From Gemmatimonadaceae bacterium (lineage in GTDB: Bacteria; Gemmatimonadota; Gemmatimonadetes; Gemmatimonadales; Gemmatimonadaceae), in the NCBI GenBank assembly GCA_044224875.1, contig JBGAJQ010000004.1:1-64000 (forward strand): a stretch of DNA of 64,000 nt. Direction: 5' to 3'. The notes below the pieces were generated by a model that was given only the letters and a program-made list of their open reading frames with translations, was not told the DNA's origin and searched no databases. How positions within the stretch are numbered: the stretch's first letter is position 1; the number at the start of each line of letters is the position of its first letter. The position numbers and the translations under genes are program-made. Below are positions 27,539 to 39,551 of this stretch, piece after piece.

Positions 27539-29230
27539 TTGCAGCCAACGAACGTCGACGATCCGCGCTACTACCATCGCGTGGTCGACTGCCAGTGGGC
27601 GTGCCCGGCGCACACAAATGTGCCTGAGTACATACGGCTTATCGCCCAAGGCCGATTCACCGAGTCATACCTTCTGAATCGGCAGTCGAACGTTTTTCCA
27701 GGAATTCTGGGACGAACCTGCGACCGACCCTGTGAGCCCGCTTGCCGGCGCGGCCGAGTGGATGGAAAACCAGTGGCGATCTGCCGGCTCAAACGCGTGG
27801 CGGCCGACCACAAGGACGACATTCGCGCCAACCTGCCTGCCGCGCCAGCACAGAAGAACGGAAAGCGCGTCGCGCTTATTGGTGGCGGCCCGTCAGCTCT
27901 TACAGTCGCCAACGACTTAGCCCCACTCGGCTACGCGGTGACGCTGTTCGAAAAGCACGCGCAGGCTGGCGGCTTGATGCGCGTGAACATCCCGTCGTTT
28001 CGGCTGCCGGCTGAAGTGCTAGATGAAGAAGTGGGATACATCCTGGACATGGGGGTGGATGCCCGCTTCGGCACGGAGGTCACCAGCATGAAGGCGCTGC
28101 TCGACGACGGCTACGACGCCGTGTTCGTGGGCAGTGGAGCGCCGAAGGGCAAGGAACTGGACATTCCAGGTCGCTGGGACGCGCCGTCGCAGGTCCATAT
28201 CGGCATCGAGTGGCTCGCGAACGTCCACTTCGGCCACATCGAGTCCATCGGCCAGCGCGTGCTGATCATCGGCGTCGGCAACACCGCCATGGACTGCTGC
28301 CGCACGTCTCGCCGCCTTGGCGGCACGAACGGGAAGCTGGTGGGGATGGAGTTCGAGCGTTTGAGCTGGAGCACCGACGCCAAGGGGAAGCAAAAGAGCG
28401 AAGTTACGGACACCGTGGTGATTCCCTGCGATGCGGTGATCCTCGCTATTGGCCAGGAGAACGCTTTCACCTGGATCGAGCGCGACATCGGCATCGAGTT
28501 CGACGAGTGGGGGATGCCCAAGGTCGACAAGACGACGCATGCCTCCACGCGCGCAGGGGTGTTCTTTGGCGGCGACGCGGCGTGGGGCCCGGAGAACATC
28601 ATCTGGGCCGTGGCGCACGGACACGCCGCAGCGATCTCCATGCACAACCATTGCCAGGGCATTCCGGTCACCGAGCGCCCACCCGAGGGGCAGACGCTCG
28701 TCTCCACGAAGATGGGGATGCACTCCTGGAGCTACCACAACGACTACTCGGCGGCGGCACGGACGAAGATGACGCACGCCGAGTTGACGAAGCGGTTCTC
28801 CAAGCTGTCGGTGGAAGTGGAGCTGGGGTTCACCCCGGAGCAGACGGCCAATGAGGTGCAACGCTGCCTGAACTGCGACGTGCAGACGCACTTCACCACG
28901 AACCTGTGCATCGAGTGCGACGCGTGCGTGGACGTTTGCCCCGTGAACTGCCTGACGATCACGGCCAACGGTGACGAGGCCGACTTGCGCACGCGGTTGT
29001 CAGCGCCGGCCATCAACGCCAAGCAGGAAATCTACGTCTCCGGTGAACTGCCGCAGACGAAGCGGGTGATGGTGAAGGACGAGGACCTGTGCTTGCACTG
29101 TGGATTGTGTGCCGAGCGGTGTCCGACGGCCGCGTGGGACATGCGGCGCTTTGACCTGCTCCAGCCATACGCCGGCCGGCCCGGGAGTGCGACAGCGCGC
29201 TCGTTGCCACTGGCGGGAATGCACGCGTAA
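27539..29230 (+). CDS. GltD-like FAD/NAD(P)-dependent oxidoreductase with C-terminal 4Fe-4S ferredoxin domains; apparent internal in-frame deletion
   Basis: CQWACPAH, GRTCDRPCEPACRR, GGGPS (FAD), GVGNTAMDC (NAD(P)H), GGD, CIECDACVDVCP, CLHCGLCAERCP. TTG start with GGAGG RBS. Confidence 0.88.
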   Translation: MQPTNVDDPRYYHRVVDCQWACPAHTNVPEYIRLIAQGRFTESYLLNRQSNVFPGILGRTCDRPCEPACRRGRVDGKPVAICRLKRVAADHKDDIRANLPAAPAQKNGKRVALIGGGPSALTVANDLAPLGYAVTLFEKHAQAGGLMRVNIPSFRLPAEVLDEEVGYILDMGVDARFGTEVTSMKALLDDGYDAVFVGSGAPKGKELDIPGRWDAPSQVHIGIEWLANVHFGHIESIGQRVLIIGVGNTAMDCCRTSRRLGGTNGKLVGMEFERLSWSTDAKGKQKSEVTDTVVIPCDAVILAIGQENAFTWIERDIGIEFDEWGMPKVDKTTHASTRAGVFFGGDAAWGPENIIWAVAHGHAAAISMHNHCQGIPVTERPPEGQTLVSTKMGMHSWSYHNDYSAAARTKMTHAELTKRFSKLSVEVELGFTPEQTANEVQRCLNCDVQTHFTTNLCIECDACVDVCPVNCLTITANGDEADLRTRLSAPAINAKQEIYVSGELPQTKRVMVKDEDLCLHCGLCAERCPTAAWDMRRFDLLQPYAGRPGSATARSLPLAGMHA

Positions 29231-29264
29231 GCGTTCGTCACGACACGACTTTATCCCACGCGAC

Positions 29265-31069
29265 ATGTCTGGCATCAACGACTTCGCCTTCCGGATCGGG
29301 ACCGTCAATGGGACGGGCTCCGCCAGCGCCAACGCGCTGCTCATGCAGTCGATCTTCCGCATGGGCATCCCGGTCTCTGGCAAGAACATCTTTCCGTCGA
29401 ACATCCAGGGGCTGCCCACCTGGTACGAGATTCGGGTCAGCAAGGACGGCTACACCGGTCGCCCGGCGGAGCTGGACCTGGTCTTGGCCCTGAATCCCAG
29501 CACGTACGCCAAGGACGTCGCCAAGGTTCGATCTGGCGGCTACCTGATGTACGACTCCACCTGGCCGCTCGACGCGTCACTCGCGCGCCCGGACATCACG
29601 GTGCTTGGGATTCCCTTTGGGGCTTTGTGCGCCGAGGTGTTCAAAGGCGACCGCGAGCGCACGCTCATGCGGAACATCGCCTACGCCGGGGCGTTGGCGG
29701 CGCTCCTGGCGATCGACATGGAGATCGTCGATGAGATGCTGAAGGAACAGTACGGCAAGAAGCAGAAGCTGCTCGATTCCAACTTCAAGGCGATCAAGAT
29801 CGGGTACGACTACGCGCGCGAGCACATCAGCTGCCCCTTGCCGTTCCACCTGGAGCGCATGGATGCCACCAAGGACTATGTGTTGCTGGACGGCAACTCG
29901 GCGTCCGCGTTAGGCGCGGTGTGGGCCGGTGCCACGGTGGGCGCCTGGTACCCAATCACGCCGGCCACTTCGCTGATGGAGGCGTTCAAGGCCTACTGCA
30001 TGAAGTACCGTGTGGACAAGGCGACCGGCGAAAAGCGCTTCTGCATCATCCAGGCGGAAGACGAGCTTGCATCGGCGGGCATGGTGCTGGGCGCCAACTG
30101 GGCGGGCGCGCGGGCGTTCACGTCTACGGCCGGGCCCGGGATCTCGCTGATGCAGGAGTTCATTGGTCTCGGCTACTACACAGAAATTCCCGCCGTCTTC
30201 TTCGACGTGCAACGCGCAGGGCCGGCCACGGGAATGCCGACCCGCACGCAACAGAGCGACCTGCTCTCCATCGCCTACGCTTCGCACGGGGACACCAAGC
30301 ACATCATGCTCTTCCCGCGCGACCCGGGTGAGTGCTTTACCATGGCGGTTGAGGCGTTCGACCTGGCGGAGCACTTCCAGACACCCGTCTTTGTCGTGTC
30401 TGACCTGGACATCGGCATGAACGACTGGATGGTGAAGCGCTTGAAGTGGGACGACCGGTATGTGCCGGATCGGGGCAAGGTGCTCACAGCCGCCGAGCTG
30501 GAGAAGCTGCCGCGGTTCTCTCGGTACCTGGCGGAGAATGGAGACGGGGTGGCGGCGCGCACGCTGCCGGGTGTTGGAGCGAAGGGGGCGTATTTCGTGC
30601 GTGGGTCGGGTCACGACAAGCATGCCGTGTATACAGAGGACGCCGCCGAGTACCAGGAAGTGGTGGACCGTCTCAAGCGAAAGCTGGACGCCGCGGCGGA
30701 ACAGGTACCAGCCCCCGAGTTTGTGCTGGCGAATGCCAAGACGCCCGCCTCGGTCGGGATCATCTCCCTAGGCGGCTGCGACGCGTCGGTGCGCGAGGGG
30801 GTCGATCGGCTGCGCGCGCGCGGCACCGTGTGCGACTACATGCGCATCCGCGGTTTCCCCTTTGCCGCGAGCGTGAAGTCGTTCATTGACTCGCATGAAT
30901 CGGTCTTTGTGGTGGAACAGAACCGCGATGCCCAACTACGATCGTTGTTGACGCTGGAGACTGGCGTCGCCCGTGATCGACTGATTCCGGTGCTGGACTA
31001 CGGCGGTGAACCATTGACTGCCGACGTCGTGGATGAAGCTGTGAGTCATCACTTTGCTGGAGTTCCCGC

Positions 31070-31073
<4 letters not shown>
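29265..31073 (+). CDS. 2-oxoacid:ferredoxin oxidoreductase alpha subunit (gamma-alpha fusion, KorA-like)
   Basis: NGTGSASAN, YPITPAT, QAEDELAS, TAGPGISLM, QRAGPATGMPT, VEQN motifs. Confidence 0.93.
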
Positions 31074-33122
<2,049 letters not shown>

Positions 33123-33275
33123 TCGCCAATCGGTACGGCTTGGCATTTCTCGTGGTGTTAACGGCTCTTTGGGGCGGCCGAGCCATGCATGCGATCTTAC
33201 GCGGCAGCTCCAACGCGCCTGGCGGGATTGAGAAGCCCATCTGAAGCAGCGCTCCCACGATGCCGTAGTACGCGA

Positions 33276-33307
33276 AAGAGCCGCCCGGGACTTCCCGAGC
33301 GGCTCTT
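33276..33307 (-). terminator. Intrinsic terminator downstream of the S8 protease gene (possibly bidirectional)
   Basis: Minus strand AAGAGCCGCTCGGG-AAGT-CCCGGGCGGCTCTT followed by T; lies between convergent genes. Confidence 0.6.
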
Positions 33308-33374
33308 GTTTCGCCTGGTGTACTGCTGGTCCTGGCCAGGCCAGTCACTCAGCAAACATGCGGCGACTACTCGC

Positions 33375-34640
33375 CTACTGGTCCGTACCGGCGACCGAAG
33401 GAATGGAGTTGTGGAGCAGGCGGTTGATCGAACCCGCGCCCGGATTCCCAACCACGCCAACCGTCGAGTAGTTCCAGATTGCGGTGTGAACCTGCGCCGG
33501 CGTCTTCGTCGGGTTCTTGCTCAAGTACACCAAGGCAACGCCAGCGAAGTGTGGGGAGGCCATCGACGTTCCCGAGGCGATCGCCGCGGAGGTCGGATTC
33601 GGCTGGTACGCGCCCAGGATGTTCGTGCCCGGTGCGAAACCGTCGAGGCAGGTGCCGAAGTTCGAGTAGCTGGCGCGAAGGTCTGGCGAGGCGGGCGGAA
33701 TCGCGCCGTCGGGATAGCTGCCGGTCGCGCCGAGGGTCTCCGCGTTCGGTACGCGGGCCGGCGAGAAGAGGCAGGCGTCGATGCTGCTGTTGCCGGCCGA
33801 CACGGCGTAGACGATCCCGTCAGCGATCGAGGCGTTGACGGCCGCATCCAACGCGGCGTCGGCACCACCACCCAAGCTCATGTTGGCAACCGCAGGGACA
33901 CCGGCCGCGTGGTGGGCCGTGACTCGGTTGACGCCGTCGATGACGGTCAGGGTGGTGCCACTGCCGGAGCAGTCAAGCACGCGGGAGGCCCAGATCGTCG
34001 ACATTGTGGCGAAGCCATACAACGTGCCGGCGGCCGTGCTGGAGGTGTGCGAGCCGTGGCCGTTGCAGACGTCGTTCGCGTCTGCATCGTTGTTGATCGA
34101 ATCCCAGAGCGAATTGTACCGACCGGTGAATTCCTGGTGCGCCGCGTTGACGCCCGTGTCGATAGAGTAGAACGTGACGCCCTGACCCTTGAACGGATAC
34201 TGCGCCTTCAGGTTATTCAGCGGGAGAGTGCGATCGGACACGCGATCCCAACCCCAGGGGCATCCAAAGAGCGAGCCAGGATTCACGCATGCCACCTGGG
34301 CGTCCGCGTGGAACACCTGCGACTGCTGGACGAAGGCCACGTTGGCACTGCGACGGATTGCATCGAGCTTCATCGCTGGAGCCTTGATGCCAAACCCGAT
34401 CAGGCCTTCCGTCCAGACGTGGGTGACCAAGGCACCGGCTGCGCGCGCCTTGTTTGCCTCAGCCGCGACGCCCGCAGCGTCCATCTTCTTCAGGACGACC
34501 ACGTACTCGTTCGGCACCAATTCCGCGTTCATGGACGCTGAGTTGGTGACGAGCTTGGCCAATGGGGCGCCTTGGGTGCCGGTGCCGTCCGAACAGGCGA
34601 CCGCCGCCAATGCAGCAACTGCGAGCAACGACTTTTTCAC
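33375..34640 (-). CDS. Subtilisin-like serine protease (S8, aqualysin/proteinase K-like) lipoprotein with I9-like propeptide
   Basis: Catalytic triad SIDTG / NGHGSHT / SGTSMASPH; VANMSLGG, SAGN; lipobox AAVAC; GTG start at 34640 with GGAGG RBS. Confidence 0.93.
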   Translation of the reverse strand: MKKSLLAVAALAAVACSDGTGTQGAPLAKLVTNSASMNAELVPNEYVVVLKKMDAAGVAAEANKARAAGALVTHVWTEGLIGFGIKAPAMKLDAIRRSANVAFVQQSQVFHADAQVACVNPGSLFGCPWGWDRVSDRTLPLNNLKAQYPFKGQGVTFYSIDTGVNAAHQEFTGRYNSLWDSINNDADANDVCNGHGSHTSSTAAGTLYGFATMSTIWASRVLDCSGSGTTLTVIDGVNRVTAHHAAGVPAVANMSLGGGADAALDAAVNASIADGIVYAVSAGNSSIDACLFSPARVPNAETLGATGSYPDGAIPPASPDLRASYSNFGTCLDGFAPGTNILGAYQPNPTSAAIASGTSMASPHFAGVALVYLSKNPTKTPAQVHTAIWNYSTVGVVGNPGAGSINRLLHNSIPSVAGTDQ

Positions 34641-34769
34641 AGGAAACCTCCGAGGGGAAAGGTCTGCAACCCTCGGGTCGTTCGCTTGCCGCATTTCCGC
34701 CGTTACCGGCTAACCGTAACCGCGGGTGCGAACGCCTAACGATGCCGTAGGATTGCCGTGCGAACCCCC

Positions 34770-34797
34770 ATGCTAGGCTAATCTCGTGACCTGTCAA
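34770..34797 (-). promoter_or_regulatory. Sigma70-type promoter for the S8 protease gene
   Basis: Minus strand TTGACA-N16-TAGCAT about 130 nt upstream of the start. Confidence 0.55.
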
Positions 34798-34935
34798 CCT
34801 GAGCGTGCGCGCTACAGGTCCCGTGCCGCACTCCGGGGGTCAATTTTGCCGGAAGGCGTCGCACGGATGCCACGACCAACCCCAGAAAGCGAAGTCGAGC
34901 ACGCGATTCACCCGCAACAGGAGCCGCCGGCGACC

Positions 34936-35493
34936 CTACCCGGCGATGACGGCGTGAACTCGAAGTCCGTTCGGCGAGGGGAGGGCTGGTGACCTTTCAG
35001 GGCAAGTGAAGATCAGTGTGATCCACCCGTCCCGCCGCAGGCCGGCGAGTAACCCTGGCCACGCCGCGGCTTCGGTCAGGAAATTCGCTGGCCGGTACTC
35101 GCGGGTGGTCGCGCTGCTAAAGAGCGCCGGACCGTTCACGGATGCCAGGGTATCCAGCACGATGGAATAGGTATGCGACGCGCCGGGATGCGGAGAGAGA
35201 TTGACCTGCAGGGCGGTGAGTCGTTCCGCGGTGAACGTCGCAAAGGCCACCGCCTCGATGCCGTCGACGGATCCGTGAAACACGTAGTCCGAGTCCTCGT
35301 CGATCGTGACGAACCGCCACCCCACGTCGCTCAGGCGTTGGCGCACGGAGTCCGGGCGCAGCCCCCATTCCACCCGGAGGATCGGCGACGGCGTCGCATA
35401 CACGGTTTGGGCGCGCATAGGCGTGCCAGCCGTCGTGAGCGCGAACGAGGCCACCAAGGCGATGCGAACAACAGGCGGTGCGTAGCGTGACAT
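34936..35493 (-). CDS. Hypothetical secreted protein
   Basis: GGAGG RBS; signal peptide ending 'MRAQ'; no recognised motif. Confidence 0.6.
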   Translation of the reverse strand: MSRYAPPVVRIALVASFALTTAGTPMRAQTVYATPSPILRVEWGLRPDSVRQRLSDVGWRFVTIDEDSDYVFHGSVDGIEAVAFATFTAERLTALQVNLSPHPGASHTYSIVLDTLASVNGPALFSSATTREYRPANFLTEAAAWPGLLAGLRRDGWITLIFTCPERSPALPSPNGLRVHAVIAG

Positions 35494-35758
35494 CTCAACC
35501 TCCAGTAGCCGGCGACACGAGACGGCATCCCATGTGCGTTAGGCGGATCATCGTCACCGGCGGCACGTCGGGCCCTTTCTATGTGTGTCGGCAGGTCCGG
35601 CAGAAAGTTGAATGCGCCGGCGGTGCGACCGTGGTGATCGGGCGCGACGGGCGGCTCATCCCGGTGAGGAATCCCTTAGACCGCCGTCACATCCACTCGG
35701 CGGATCACTGCTCCCATAACCCATGGGTGGGGGGCTAATGTGTAGTGTGACACTTCTC

Positions 35759-37465
35759 ATGCTTCGCACGCAGGCCAACGGTCACCACCCGCGCCAAGCA
35801 TCGGGTCTTGGACCCTCGACGCCGATCGCGTTGGCGCTCATGATGTGCCTTTCGGCGTCGCTGGAAGCACAGCAGGTGCGCGGCATCGTCACCGAGACGG
35901 GCGGGGCGCCGGTGCCCGGCGCCGTGCTGACACTCATTGCCGACGATGGCCAACGGGTGGCGACGGCATTGTCGAGTGAGGGCGGGGCGTACGTCGTTCG
36001 CGCACCACGGGCCGGGAGTTTCACCCTCGAGATCAAGCGGATCGGCGTCCGGCTCACGCGGATTGGTCCGTTCAATCTGTCGGAAGGCGAGGTGCGCGAG
36101 GAGTCCGTCAGGTTGCGTCCCGTGCCGCTGTTGCAGCCAGAAGTGCGGGTGGCGGGGAAAAGCCGGTGTTCTCGGCAGCCCGAGGTGAATGACGCTACCG
36201 GCACGTTGTGGGAGAACGCGCGTGCCGCATTGGCGGCGGTGAAGCTGACGCAGGAGGCCGGCACGGCGCAGGCGCGGATCACCCGCATTTCGCGGGACAT
36301 CGACGCGTCCAGCATGCGTGTCACGAGCGAGCGGCGGGCGGACTCGTATGCCTTCGGCAGCCGGCCGTTCACCAGCGTCCCCGCCGACTTGCTGTCCGCG
36401 CAGGGGTATGTGCGTCGGGATGGCAACGGGTTCGTCTACAACGCCCCCGACGCCACCGTCATCCTCTCCGATGTCTTCCTGGCGGATCACTGCTTTCGCT
36501 ACGTGGGGCCCGAAAGGTCTGATACCACGGTGGCCGGACTGCGATTCGAACCGGTGCGCGAAAAGGCCCTCGCCGATGTTTCCGGGGTGATGTGGATCGA
36601 CCGGCGTTCGTTCGAGCTCAAGTCGATCGAGTTCGTCTACGAGAACCCGCCGCCGCCACACGAGCGCGGTCAGGCGGGTGGTTCGGTGCACTTCAAGCGC
36701 ATTCGCAGCGGCTGGATCGTGGACAAGTGGTACATTCGCTGGCCGCGCTTTGCCGGCATAAGCCGGCAGGACCCGACGTCCAGCGCGGCGGTGTTCGGGA
36801 ACCGCACCGCACCCGGTGTCATGGCGTACCGGGAAGAGGGGGGCGAGGCCGTCATGGTCGGGGCCGACGACGTGGGCATCGGTCGCGTGCGGGGCGTCGT
36901 GGTTGAAGGTGACGGCGGCCGTCCCGTTTCGGGGGCGCGGGTCCAGCTGGCTCAGACGGGGTTCACCCAGGCCCGGGTCGTGAGCGCAACGGCCGGCACC
37001 TTCGTGCTGGACAGCATTCCCGCGGGAAGTTACACCGTCACCGTCTCCCACCCACGCCTGGATTCGTTAGGTGTACGTGGACGGTCGAGTGAGCTGGAGG
37101 TGCGCGCGCGTGATTCGCTCACCGTTCAGCTCGCGATCCCGTCGGACACGATGATCTGGACGTCGCTGTGCCCCGCTGACACGGATCGCGCGGCGCACGG
37201 TTTCGTGCGTGTGCTGACGACCAATGCCCGAACAGGCGCCCTACAGGATGGGGTAACGGTGCGCGTTGCGTGGAGCGGTACCGACGCCGCCGGGGTCACG
37301 GCGACGACAGACGACGACGGTGCGGTGACGACATGCAAGGTACCGACCGATCGCCCGATTCACGTGGCGGCGATGGTTGACGGGAGGGAAGTCGCGTCCC
37401 GGACGTTGACCCTGACGGCAGGTGAGATGCGTGTGGTGCCGCTCGCGGTGCCGTCGAAGCCGTGA
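35759..37465 (+). CDS. Carboxypeptidase-regulatory-like (transthyretin-like) domain protein, secreted
   Basis: Repeated 'VRGIVTETGGAPVPGAVLTL' / 'VRGVVVEGDGGRPVSGARVQL' modules; central 'APDA..LSD.F...HCF' and 'G..WID' segment. Start uncertain (35723-35843). Confidence 0.75.
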   Translation: MLRTQANGHHPRQASGLGPSTPIALALMMCLSASLEAQQVRGIVTETGGAPVPGAVLTLIADDGQRVATALSSEGGAYVVRAPRAGSFTLEIKRIGVRLTRIGPFNLSEGEVREESVRLRPVPLLQPEVRVAGKSRCSRQPEVNDATGTLWENARAALAAVKLTQEAGTAQARITRISRDIDASSMRVTSERRADSYAFGSRPFTSVPADLLSAQGYVRRDGNGFVYNAPDATVILSDVFLADHCFRYVGPERSDTTVAGLRFEPVREKALADVSGVMWIDRRSFELKSIEFVYENPPPPHERGQAGGSVHFKRIRSGWIVDKWYIRWPRFAGISRQDPTSSAAVFGNRTAPGVMAYREEGGEAVMVGADDVGIGRVRGVVVEGDGGRPVSGARVQLAQTGFTQARVVSATAGTFVLDSIPAGSYTVTVSHPRLDSLGVRGRSSELEVRARDSLTVQLAIPSDTMIWTSLCPADTDRAAHGFVRVLTTNARTGALQDGVTVRVAWSGTDAAGVTATTDDDGAVTTCKVPTDRPIHVAAMVDGREVASRTLTLTAGEMRVVPLAVPSKP

Positions 37466-37483
37466 GGATAGCCGCGGAGCGCA

Positions 37484-39541
37484 TCAGCACCCCGGCATCC
37501 GGAACGCCCCGATCCGCGTCGAGTAGTTCGTTGCGCCTTCCTTCAGGTAGTCCCCCACGTACCAGATCGTGCAATCGTCGCTCGGGTCCACCGCCGTCTG
37601 CGTGTAGTCCTCCCAACGCAGTGTGTTCGTCTGGGCCGCCTTGCCCTCCACCAACACGGCCTCCCGTAGCGTGAGCTGGCCCTTGGGATCCGCGGCCAAT
37701 CGTCCCGCGAAGCGCTGGCCGGCAAAGTGCGGAGACCCACCGAACGAATATCCGATCCCGATATTCCCCTTCGCATCCATCGCCGGACTGCCCATCCACC
37801 GAAACGACGCGTCGGGGGCGAAGGTGCCTTGCTGCGCCAACAGCAACTGGCGGCGGGGACCCACGGTGAACTCGTACCAGCGCACACCGCCAGCTCCGAC
37901 ACTCGTGTTCACGGAGTGGACGGCAACGATCGATTCGCGGGCCCCAATGCGACGATACACCAGTCGCGCCATGATCTTGTCGCCCTGCGCGTCGAGCCGG
38001 CGGTCGGTGCCAGGCTGCGGGACGCAGCTGGTGAGCTGCCCATCGCACAGGTAGTGGTAAGGGGCCACGGAAAGCGTGGTCGGCCCCTCCACCCGGGTCT
38101 TCGCGGGATCGTCCCAGTCCACGTGGAAGCTCCAGGCATACAGCCTGCGATCCTCCATCACCTTCTTCAACTGCGTGCCTCCGGCGGCGATCATGATGTT
38201 CGGTGCACCTGCCGGCGGTAGCTGCGTGCCGTCGAGGTCCGCGTTGTTGAGAAAATTCACGCCATCGATGATCGCGCACTGTTCGGTGGCGTCCTCGCCC
38301 TTGAGCATGCGCGCCCGATCGACGACACACGCGTGCTTCTGGATCACTTCATCCCCGGTGCTGGAGGGGATGTAGTAGCCATCGGGCCACACGGCGGGGC
38401 GCGGGTAGTCGGGGAAGAGGGGACGCACGAATTCGTAGCGATAGTACGGGCCGAAGGGGTCAGTGCCCGTGCTCACGGCATAGCACATCGCGTACGGGCC
38501 GGTGTCCTGAGTTGCAGCTGGCCGAGCCGGCGGCCGAACCGTGTCACCCGGCGAGGGAGGCGGTGGAGGTGGGGGCAGGGTGAGCGGGGCGGCGCTCCCG
38601 GGCTGTCGTGCGTTTCCCTTGAGGCTACGTTGCGCAGGGTCTCCGCTCTTGCCGGCGTCGGTTTGTCCGGGCCGGACGGGCGTCCGCGAAAAAATCGGCA
38701 TCACGATCAACCAGCGGTCGGCCAGCTGGTCGTACCTGACGACTGCGTCGCCATTGTTTCGCGCCTCGCAGACTCCGCCGAACCCGGCAAAGACGTGACG
38801 CGTTTCTACGGGCCCATACAACACACGCCCCGTCGTATCGAAGATCGCGCCTTTCTTTGTGAAGATGGCCATACGAGTGTTCACGACTTGCATCACATAG
38901 TCGCGCCCAACGGCGAGCGAGTTGTCCGACGGGTTCCGGAGACTGGCCGTGCCCTGTGGGCCCACGAACCCCACACCGAGTCCGTCGAACGACGCGACGA
39001 TTCGTGCCGCAGGCCTGCGGCCGTGCGTGCGCTGTTCCACTGCGGCGGAGCCCCTCGGCACTGTGATGACCGGAGGTGGCGGCGGTGATTGTGCCTGGCG
39101 GCGCGAGGCGCCGGCTGTGCGCGTGATGGGCTCGTCCGAACGATCTGCTTCGCGCGCTTCCCACCCGTCGGCGTCGTCATCGTATGCTGGCGCGAGCGAC
39201 AGGAGTGGAGGGGCATCTGCGGCTGGCGCATCAAGATCGCGAATGCGGCGCACCGGGTAGGCAAGGCGGTTGTCCTGGGCCCGTGTTAGACCAATCGGAC
39301 GCGGTCGGGTGTTCAAGGCGATGCCCGTTAGGCGCGAGTGACATCGGTCGGGCGTGGTCGCACAGTCTTCGTCCACACCCAACCGGGCGGACGTATCGCG
39401 GGCCGTTGCGTGACGGACTTCAACGACTGGATCCATCGATGACTTCGTGGCCGCGGGCTCGCCGGCACACCCCGCCAGCAAGAACGCGGCGACTGCCGCG
39501 ACGGTCCATGCGCAGCTGCAGTCCTTCCCCGATTGTGTCAT
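37484..39541 (-). CDS. Hypothetical lipoprotein, conserved extracellular beta-rich family
   Basis: Lipobox LLAGC; 'NPSDNSLAVG...QVVN', 'GDAVVRYDQLADRW', 'CYAVST..DP', 'FPDYP', 'GVRWYE', 'RWMGS.AMD..GNI', 'RWEDY....VDPSDDCT.WY' motifs. Confidence 0.75.
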   Translation of the reverse strand: MTQSGKDCSCAWTVAAVAAFLLAGCAGEPAATKSSMDPVVEVRHATARDTSARLGVDEDCATTPDRCHSRLTGIALNTRPRPIGLTRAQDNRLAYPVRRIRDLDAPAADAPPLLSLAPAYDDDADGWEAREADRSDEPITRTAGASRRQAQSPPPPPVITVPRGSAAVEQRTHGRRPAARIVASFDGLGVGFVGPQGTASLRNPSDNSLAVGRDYVMQVVNTRMAIFTKKGAIFDTTGRVLYGPVETRHVFAGFGGVCEARNNGDAVVRYDQLADRWLIVMPIFSRTPVRPGQTDAGKSGDPAQRSLKGNARQPGSAAPLTLPPPPPPPSPGDTVRPPARPAATQDTGPYAMCYAVSTGTDPFGPYYRYEFVRPLFPDYPRPAVWPDGYYIPSSTGDEVIQKHACVVDRARMLKGEDATEQCAIIDGVNFLNNADLDGTQLPPAGAPNIMIAAGGTQLKKVMEDRRLYAWSFHVDWDDPAKTRVEGPTTLSVAPYHYLCDGQLTSCVPQPGTDRRLDAQGDKIMARLVYRRIGARESIVAVHSVNTSVGAGGVRWYEFTVGPRRQLLLAQQGTFAPDASFRWMGSPAMDAKGNIGIGYSFGGSPHFAGQRFAGRLAADPKGQLTLREAVLVEGKAAQTNTLRWEDYTQTAVDPSDDCTIWYVGDYLKEGATNYSTRIGAFRMPGC

Positions 39542-39551
39542 GTCGACTTGC

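Noticed and set aside
33189..34541. 450-aa plus-strand ORF, and similar long shadow ORFs at 14530-15744, 35735-37051, 41575-42804, 51174-52505, 52563-53570 and 60609-61742
   Set aside because: Antisense to well-supported genes; expected in high-GC DNA; no recognisable motifs.
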